A stretch of 32,000 bases of DNA from positions 60,001 to 92,000 of the forward strand of contig NC_015067.1 in NCBI RefSeq assembly GCF_000196555.1, in the 5' to 3' direction. The DNA comes from Bifidobacterium longum subsp. longum JCM 1217 (lineage in GTDB: Bacteria > Actinomycetota > Actinomycetes > Actinomycetales > Bifidobacteriaceae). The translations under genes were made by a program, and so were the position numbers. A model generated the notes under the pieces. It was not told the DNA's origin. It was given only the letters and a program-made list of their open reading frames with translations, and did no database searches. Below are positions 26,303-32,000 of the stretch, piece after piece (position 1 is the first letter of the stretch; each line of letters starts with the position of its first letter).

Positions 26303-27022
26303 ATGCAACACCTCATCACCACCCTCCAATCCGCGCAAGCCAAACTCGTGGCCGACATCTCCATGTACGACACGATGTACACGCAGAACGCCCAGCAATA
26401 CCGCGAGCTGAAAATGACCGTACTGGCCGGCAAGAAGGCGCTCGCCGACTTCAACGCCAACCAGCTGCCAGCGCTGGAGGCCGAGGCCGCCGCCAGTGGC
26501 GACGCCATGCAGGCGCAAGTGCTGAAGAACTTCAAGTCCAAGCTCGACCGTTTTGCCAAGCGACTCGACGACCTCGACCGCATCAGCGTGGTTACCTTGC
26601 AGACCGCGCCGCAGATCAAAATCATCCAGAACGCGGACCAGACCATCGTGGACAAGATCGACACCACCATCTCCACCACGATTCCGGTGTGGAAGAGTCA
26701 GATGGTGATCGCGCTGGGCCTGTCCAACCAGCGCAAGGTTCTCGACCTGCAGAACAAGGCCGACGATGTGACCAACAAGCTGCTGGCGCGTAACGCGGCC
26801 GCCCTGTACAAGGGTGCAGTGGACGCGGAAAAGGCCAACCAGTGTTCCGTGGTGGAAATCGACACGCTGGAGAAGATCAACGCCGAACTCATCGCCACCC
26901 TGAAGGAGACCGTGCAGATCCAGAAGGAAGGCGAGGCCAACCGCGAGGCCGCCCAGGTCAAGATGCGCCAAATCGAGTCCGACCTCAAAAACGCCTTGCT
27001 CGAAAACGCCCAGCAGATGTGA
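26303..27022 (+). CDS. TelA-family (toxic anion resistance) protein, C-terminal ~230 aa only; in frame with the shifted SBP-like reading frame (probable truncated or fused pseudogene)
   Basis: The TelA-like sequence is LQTAPQIKIIQNADQTIVDKIDTTISTTIPVWKSQMVIALGL, within helical segments colinear with the distal two-thirds of YaaN/TelA. No independent RBS or N-terminal TelA region is present. The ORF track opens this frame at 26153 inside SBP-like sequence. Confidence 0.65.
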   Translation: MQHLITTLQSAQAKLVADISMYDTMYTQNAQQYRELKMTVLAGKKALADFNANQLPALEAEAAASGDAMQAQVLKNFKSKLDRFAKRLDDLDRISVVTLQTAPQIKIIQNADQTIVDKIDTTISTTIPVWKSQMVIALGLSNQRKVLDLQNKADDVTNKLLARNAAALYKGAVDAEKANQCSVVEIDTLEKINAELIATLKETVQIQKEGEANREAAQVKMRQIESDLKNALLENAQQM

Positions 27023-27038
27023 GCCGTTCGCGCGCCAG

Positions 27039-27146
27039 CATGCTCCCGTTGGCGGAGTTTGCGGGAACGTGCAACCATGCTCCCGTTGGCAGAGGTATAT
27101 GAGTACGCCTACTGGTGTGCGTATATATGCTCCCGCTGGCGGGAGC
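27039..27146 (+). repeat. Three direct copies of ATGCTCCCG(T/C)TGGC between telA and hsp20
   Basis: Two copies are catgctcccgttggc (27039-27053 and 27076-27090). The third is atgctcccgctggc (27127-27140), embedded in the 18-bp palindrome gctcccgctggcgggagc. Confidence 0.8.
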
Positions 27147-27402
27147 TGGCAGCCGTAAGACTGGCTGAGGGTGGTCACGGCGCTCGGCTCGGCCGGCTTT
27201 ACCGGCAGCCATTCCCGCCGCAATTTCTCTGTGGGCATAATCCCGGAATGATTGCCGCGCTCGGGAATTGGATGAAGTGAAGGTTAAAGGTTGAGAGCCC
27301 GGGAGGGTTCCGGAACCGGCCACGATAACCGCTGCTAGCCCCGCGATACGGGTTGGCGGCCGGCAGCCAAGCCGATTCTCTCCTAATCAAGGAGTACCGA
27401 TT

Positions 27403-27906
27403 ATGGCAATGTTTCCGGCTTTGATGAATGACACGATGTTCTCGGATCTGTTCGATGATCCGTTCTTTGAGGGTTGGCGCAACACGGACAACACGATGAG
27501 TGCCGTAATGCCCGCCAACATGATGACTACCGATGTGCGCGAGACCGACAAGGGTTACGACGTCGACATCGATATGCCTGGCTTTAAGAAGGAAGATATC
27601 AACCTTGAGCTCAACAACGGCTATCTGACCGTGTCCGCCTCGCGTTGCAGCGAGCATGAGGACAAGGCTCCGGCCGCTGAGGACGAGGCTTCCGACAGCA
27701 AGTGTGCTTGCGCGTCCGATTCGGGCAAGTGGCTGCGTCGCGAACGCTACATGGGCTCCTGCTCGCGTAGCTTCTACGTTGGCGAGGACGTGAAGGAGTC
27801 CGACATCCACGCCAGCTACCGGAACGGCACGCTGTGCATCCAGGTTCCGAAGATGCAGGCCCAGCCGCAAGTCGAGTCCAAGCACCAAATCGCGATTGAG
27901 GGCTGA
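27403..27906 (+). CDS. hsp20: Small heat shock protein (Hsp20/alpha-crystallin family)
   Basis: The alpha-crystallin core runs DVRETDKGYDVDIDMPGFKKEDINLEL...ERYMGSCSRSFYVGEDV...ASYRNGTLCIQVPK. AAGGAG lies 8 nt upstream of the ATG. Confidence 0.9.
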   Translation: MAMFPALMNDTMFSDLFDDPFFEGWRNTDNTMSAVMPANMMTTDVRETDKGYDVDIDMPGFKKEDINLELNNGYLTVSASRCSEHEDKAPAAEDEASDSKCACASDSGKWLRRERYMGSCSRSFYVGEDVKESDIHASYRNGTLCIQVPKMQAQPQVESKHQIAIEG

Positions 27907-27929
27907 CGATACTTGATTCGTCCCGAAGT

Positions 27930-27981
27930 CCCGCTTCGAGTAGCTTTGCCCCCTCTGACGAGGGGGCTCCCGCGAAGCGGG
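27930..27981 (+). other. Nested GC-rich hairpins just 3' of hsp20
   Basis: The outer arms are cccgcttcg (27930-27938) and cgaagcggg (27973-27981). The inner arms are gccccctc (27948-27955) and gagggggc (27960-27967) with loop tgac. Confidence 0.6.
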
Positions 27982-28085
27982 TGGGGGAGAGATAAATCGT
28001 AACCAAACCATGCTTCCCACGCCGTCTGCCCTACGCTTTCAACGCCGACTAACCTGACAGACGGCGGGAAACATAGCCAATGCAA

Positions 28086-28125
28086 ATGCCGGGTAGGGAT
28101 TTACCCTACCCGGCATTTTGCTGTT
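28086..28125 (+). terminator. Strong intrinsic terminator about 180 nt downstream of the hsp20 stop
   Basis: The 13-bp perfect stem atgccgggtaggg / ccctacccggcat is followed by TTTGCTGTTT. Confidence 0.8.
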
Positions 28126-28232
28126 TCAATCACCGAACCCCACCCTGTTCGCGCGCCGGTCGCGTGCCGTTCTGCCGCTGTACACATCCGATGGGTAGAG
28201 TGACTTCGAAACGATGCGAGAGAGGCGGACAT

Positions 28233-29189
28233 ATGGCGAACGGCGCACAGAACGCAAGCGGCACACCGGCACCGGCGGCAAGCCATTCCGGCGGCCACGT
28301 CGTATCCGCGCGCGCCACGACCATCGGCCTGATGGCAATCCTGCTGTGGAGCTTCATGGCCGGCACCGTGCGCATCGTCTCCGAAAACTTCGGCGCCACG
28401 CTTGGCTCGGCCCTGATCTACACGGTCGGCGGCATCCTGCTGCTGATGTTCCGGCGCCCGGCCCCGATTCGCGAGTTCCCCAAGAAATACCTGATTATCG
28501 GCGGCCTGTTGTTCGTATTTTACGAATCGTCGATATCCCTCTCGCTGGGTCTGGCCTCTACCGACGCATCCTCGGTGGAAGTGAGCCTGGTCAACTATCT
28601 GTGGCCCACGATGATGGTGCTGCTGTCGGCGGGCGTATCCCATCGCAAGCACGCGGTCGTCAAGGTGCTGCCGGGCGCGATCGTGGCCACTGCCGGCGTG
28701 GTGTTGGCGGTCGGCGGTAATTCCGGGCTCGACTGGCATGCGGCCGTGCAGCATATCGCCGCCAACCCTTTGCCCTATGCGCTGGCGTTCGTGGGCGCGC
28801 TCGCTTGGTCGGTGTACGCGGTGTTCACGCCAGCCATGAGTCATGGGGTGGACGGCACTTCATTGTTCTTCCCCTGCGTGGCCGTGGCGTTGTGGATTAT
28901 CCACTTCGCGTCCGGGCAGGGGTGGCCGGCCGAGCCGCCGAGTCTGGTCGCATGGCTGTTTGTGTTGATTGCCGCGGCGGCGATTGGCGGTGGTTATGCC
29001 TGCTGGGGCTATGGCATTCTGCACGGGTCTATGGAGCGGCTGGCTATTGCGTCCTATGCCACGCCGGTGCTGTCCACCGGGGCCAGTGCGGTGTTGCTGG
29101 GTTTAGCGCTGTCGCTGCCGTTTTGGTGTGGCGCGCTGCTGGTGGCCGTCGGATCGGTGCTTAATTACTTGGTCAGTGCGCGCAAATAG
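28233..29189 (+). CDS. DMT-superfamily (EamA-type) transporter, YddG-like exporter
   Basis: The protein has about 10 TM helices and duplicated EamA-like halves. ATG at 28233 is preceded by gagagaggcgg. The upstream ORF extension spans the terminator and was rejected. Confidence 0.78.
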   Translation: MANGAQNASGTPAPAASHSGGHVVSARATTIGLMAILLWSFMAGTVRIVSENFGATLGSALIYTVGGILLLMFRRPAPIREFPKKYLIIGGLLFVFYESSISLSLGLASTDASSVEVSLVNYLWPTMMVLLSAGVSHRKHAVVKVLPGAIVATAGVVLAVGGNSGLDWHAAVQHIAANPLPYALAFVGALAWSVYAVFTPAMSHGVDGTSLFFPCVAVALWIIHFASGQGWPAEPPSLVAWLFVLIAAAAIGGGYACWGYGILHGSMERLAIASYATPVLSTGASAVLLGLALSLPFWCGALLVAVGSVLNYLVSARK

Positions 29190-29202
29190 CGGGGTGGCTT
29201 TG

Positions 29203-29346
29203 CTCATGGGGCGGTAATAATCCCATGGGGCGGTAAAACCCTCATGGGGCGGTATCCCAAAATGGCTTTATTCTGCCGTTTCACAATTTCTTCAAACCGC
29301 CCCATGGGCCTTTTACCGCCCCATGGATAAATTACCGCCCGATGGG
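29203..29346. repeat. 144-bp composite palindromic array: 3 direct plus 3 inverted copies of CATGGGGCGGTA with a 19-bp period
   Basis: Forward catgggg cores start at 29205, 29224 and 29243. The reverse-complement copies (ccccatg, or cccgatg in the third) end at 29306, 29325 and 29344. An AT-rich spacer of about 40 bp separates the two sets. The array lies between convergent genes. Confidence 0.9.
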
Positions 29347-29356
29347 CAGCAGCAAC

Positions 29357-29845
29357 TTACTCGCCGCGACGCTCGGACGGGCGGCGAATCGGGTCAAGCA
29401 GCGTATTCGGATCGGAGATGCCGAACATGCTGCGCCCGCCGGTGGATTCAGGGTGCTTGGCGAGAACGGCCAGCGAAATCGCCCCCGGAATCATAATGAT
29501 CACCAAAAGGGCCGCCAATCCCCAGTTCACGAAGAATCCGAGCCCCAGTACGATGGCCACCACAACCACCACCGTGACGATAATCGTCAACAGTGCTCGA
29601 CGTGGGTTGGTTTCCCTGGCCCAAGAGGTGCTGGCTGCGGGCTTTGCTGTTGAACTGGCCGCGGCGTTTGTGGCTGTTGTGCCATCAGCCGTGACGGTCG
29701 TGGGCCTTGCCGCCGCGCTCGTCGCGGGGCCAGTAGGGGCGTCAGACACGTTATCGGCGGCATTGCCGGTCGCTGCTGGACGTTGTTCGTTTGCGTGAGT
29801 CATATCCACCAGCATATTCCCTGCTTCCGGCTGAAGCTGGGACAA
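29357..29845 (-). CDS. Hypothetical membrane protein (Ala/Thr-rich N-terminus, two TM helices)
   Basis: The ORF has actinobacterial codon character and the hydrophobic segments LLTIIVTVVVVVAIVLGLGFF and LAALLVIIMIPGAISLAVL. The start is ambiguous (29845, 29815 or 29803). Confidence 0.5.
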   Translation of the reverse strand: MSQLQPEAGNMLVDMTHANEQRPAATGNAADNVSDAPTGPATSAAARPTTVTADGTTATNAAASSTAKPAASTSWARETNPRRALLTIIVTVVVVVAIVLGLGFFVNWGLAALLVIIMIPGAISLAVLAKHPESTGGRSMFGISDPNTLLDPIRRPSERRGE

Positions 29846-30044
29846 GCCTGCGCGCCGCTAATCCAGCGCCGACACTGGCCTTGAACTGCGGGCGCCAGAC
29901 CGGATGTGAACAGGCGCTGAACGGAGTCTGGGGAAACCATGAGAACTCGCGACAATTTTTGTGAAATTGGGTGACGCTCTATGAATCGCGCGCTAGTGTT
30001 GCGTGAGCTTACAAGGCGAGGAGCCTGGAGCGCGGGGGTGAAGG

Positions 30045-31427
30045 ATGAAGAACTCCGTTTGGAAAACGTTCATGGAATTGTCTCTGGTCCGCGGAATCGT
30101 GCCGCGGACCGTGTTCGGACTGACCGCGATCGCGGCAATCATACTGATTATTGGGCTGGCATTGAGCAAGAGCAAGAAGCGCGGCCGCCTGCACCCGCTG
30201 ATTGTCTCGCTGATTGCCGCCGTGCTCGCCGGCGCGGCTGGACTGCTGGTTGCATGGCTGGTGTCCGACGTGTTTATGGTGTTCGGCGTATCGCTGGGCT
30301 GGCCGGTGATCTTCACCATCGCGGGCGGCATCGCCGGCGTCGGCTTCGTGATCGCCGCAGCCGTGACCCTGCGCGGGGTCCGCCGTGCGCTGGCCGTCGT
30401 GCTGGTGCCGCTGGTGCTGCTGTCCACCGCGCTCGGCGTGGACTCGATTTACGGCGAATACCAGACCATCGGCACCCTCGTCGGCTACACGCCGTACGCC
30501 TCGCTCGGCTCAATCGAGGTACACAAGGCCGCGATGAGTGTCAGCGACTGGCATAGCAAGGCGCGGAAGGGCAGCCTGCCGTCCATGCCCAGCCAAGGCA
30601 AGGTGCTCACCGTCGACATTCCGAACGCCAAATCCAACTTCACGGCCCGCAAGGCGATGATCTACCTGCCGCCCGCCGCGCTGTCCGACCGTCCGCCGGC
30701 CTTGCCGGTGATGGAGCTGTTGGCCGGGCAGCCCGGTAGCCCCAGTCGCCTCATCGACGCCGGCAACATCGCCGCCACGATGAATGCGTACGCCGCCAAA
30801 CATGACGGGCTCGCGCCGATCGTGCTCGTGCCCGACCAGAACGGCGAGGCCACGCACAACAGCCTGTGCGCCGACACCACGCAAGGCAACGCCGAAACCT
30901 ACCTCACCACAGACGTGGTGAACTGGGCCAAGAAGATGCTGCCCGTGGCCAAGTCGGCCCGCATGTGGGCGATGGGTGGGTTCTCGCAAGGCGGCACCTG
31001 CACCACGCAGCTCGTCCCGCGTCATCCCGAAATCTACGGCGCGATGTTGCCGGTGGACGGCGAACTCAAGCCGACCAACGGCAGCGTCGGCAAGATGGTC
31101 CAAGAGTATTTCGCCGGCGACCGCAAGGCATACGACGAACAGGTGCCGGTCAACGCCATCGCCTCCAGCGGCACATCTGAGCAGGCGCTGTTCACCGGTG
31201 CTGGCGAACGGGACAAGGAATCGATTAGCAACATGCGCACGATTGCCGCCGCCGCGCGCAAAGCCGGCATGGAGGTCACCGAGCTGATCGTGCCCGGCGC
31301 CGGCCACGACTGGCACGCGGTGCAGGCGGTCTGGCGGCCCGGTCTCGACTGGTTTGGCGAACGGACCGGCTTGGGCGAGATGGCGAAATCGTTGAAGGAG
31401 TACCCACAAGTGGAGGTGTTGCAATGA
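30045..31427 (+). CDS. Membrane-anchored alpha/beta esterase (esterase D / mycolyltransferase-like fold)
   Basis: About 4 N-terminal TM helices precede an esterase domain with the nucleophile motif GGFSQGG and a distal GAGHDWH. RBS gggggtgaagg is present. Confidence 0.75.
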   Translation: MKNSVWKTFMELSLVRGIVPRTVFGLTAIAAIILIIGLALSKSKKRGRLHPLIVSLIAAVLAGAAGLLVAWLVSDVFMVFGVSLGWPVIFTIAGGIAGVGFVIAAAVTLRGVRRALAVVLVPLVLLSTALGVDSIYGEYQTIGTLVGYTPYASLGSIEVHKAAMSVSDWHSKARKGSLPSMPSQGKVLTVDIPNAKSNFTARKAMIYLPPAALSDRPPALPVMELLAGQPGSPSRLIDAGNIAATMNAYAAKHDGLAPIVLVPDQNGEATHNSLCADTTQGNAETYLTTDVVNWAKKMLPVAKSARMWAMGGFSQGGTCTTQLVPRHPEIYGAMLPVDGELKPTNGSVGKMVQEYFAGDRKAYDEQVPVNAIASSGTSEQALFTGAGERDKESISNMRTIAAAARKAGMEVTELIVPGAGHDWHAVQAVWRPGLDWFGERTGLGEMAKSLKEYPQVEVLQ

Positions 31428-32000
31428 GCGAAGAATCGCGTAAGCACAACAGTCATGCGGCGGAAAGCTGGCGCGAACTGGCCGGCGACGTGCGACAGTG
31501 GGCGGACGGTCATCGACTGGCCATCACTGCCACGGTGGCGCTGGTGGTGCTGAACTTGGTGGTGTGGCTGGTGGTCGCGATGGCCGGATTCGCGTTCCCG
31601 CTGCGGCTCGACACCAGCATGGCCGAATTCGATTTCGGCAAACTCTTCTGCACGCTGTTCTTGGCGCGCGGCGTCATCCAGCTCATTCTTGATGCCGTGC
31701 TGTGGCTCGTCATGCTGTCAATCGCCGAGCCGTGGCTTGGCCGCGCACGTACCGTCGGCACCGCGCTCGCCTGCGCGCTCGGCGGCGTGATCGTGGGCCT
31801 GATCTTGTGTGCGGCGGCCGGATGGCTGTTCCAGGACTCCCAATTCGTCTCCCGCATGCAGTTCGCCCTGAGCCCGCTGGTGTTGCCGGTCGGCGCGCTT
31901 ATGGCGGCCAGCGCGTTCTGCAGCCATCTGTTGCGGCGGCGTATTCGGCTGATCGGCTACGTGGCGATTCTGGTCGCGCTGCTTTACAGCGGCAATCCTG
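31424..32000 (+). CDS. Integral membrane protein, partial (runs off the window end)
   Basis: I translated this manually: ATG at 31424 overlaps the upstream stop (ATGA), and the frame is open to position 32000, reading MSEESRKHNSHAAESWRELAGDVRQWADGHRLAITATVALVVLNLVVWLVVAMAG... with several hydrophobic helices. It is absent from the ORF track because no stop codon lies within the window. Confidence 0.6.
   Translation, partial: MSEESRKHNSHAAESWRELAGDVRQWADGHRLAITATVALVVLNLVVWLVVAMAGFAFPLRLDTSMAEFDFGKLFCTLFLARGVIQLILDAVLWLVMLSIAEPWLGRARTVGTALACALGGVIVGLILCAAAGWLFQDSQFVSRMQFALSPLVLPVGALMAASAFCSHLLRRRIRLIGYVAILVALLYSGNP

Noticed and set aside
26132-26793. The Arg/His/Pro-rich tail of ORF 25243-26793.
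   Set aside because: This is out-of-frame read-through after the A4 frameshift. The +1 frame carries the sensible SBP-like and TelA-like sequence.
29205-29330. Mini-ORFs ATG-GGG-CGG-TAA (MGR-stop) repeated in the 19-bp array, and the 26-codon ORF from 29245.
   Set aside because: They have no RBS and sit in a convergent terminator region. The ATG is simply part of the repeat consensus.
29203-29346. The repeat array, considered as a CRISPR array.
   Set aside because: The repeats are only about 12-13 bp, are arranged as 3 direct plus 3 inverted copies with 7-nt gaps, and have no spacer-like unique segments. No cas genes are in the window.
1-32000. A search for tRNA, rRNA, transposase, integrase, toxin-antitoxin or defence-system genes.
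   Set aside because: No cloverleaf-like or rRNA-like segments were recognised by eye, and no ORFs carry DDE, tyrosine/serine recombinase, nuclease or ATPase defence signatures. Absence cannot be proven without tRNAscan, Infernal or HMM searches.

Overview
The window reads as a high-GC actinobacterial chromosome. Gene order and protein features fit Bifidobacteriaceae best, but I could not verify this by search. Most of it is the conserved cell-division and Ser/Thr-signalling neighbourhood: crgA, a DUF881 gene, class E sortase and pabA/trpG, followed on the minus strand by pknB-pknA-pbpA-rodA-pstP-fhaB-fhaA. This block is flanked by housekeeping genes (trpS, a DUF3073 gene, glgP, rhomboid protease, an S9 peptidase, an alpha/beta hydrolase). 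An accessory-looking stretch follows: a vWA-lipoprotein / XpaC-like / SBP-like / TelA-like operon, then hsp20, a DMT exporter, a membrane-anchored esterase and a partial membrane protein. I found no rRNA, tRNA, CRISPR array, transposase or integrase. The strongest unexplained signal is a roughly 630-bp AT-richer non-coding gap between the convergent rhomboid and crgA genes. It holds 17 DnaA-box-like 9-mers (5 perfect TTATCCACA), partly as a helically phased head-to-tail array, so it is either an origin-class or a datA-like DnaA-binding locus. Other items worth a second look: the vWA/XpaC/SBP/TelA operon appears to carry a frameshift and two domain-level deletions or fusions; a 144-bp array of 3+3 inverted repeats with an exact 19-bp period lies between convergent genes; a perfect 43-bp duplication of the glgP 3' end brackets a 94-bp insert; and an ATGCTCCCG(T/C)TGGC motif occurs three times upstream of hsp20.
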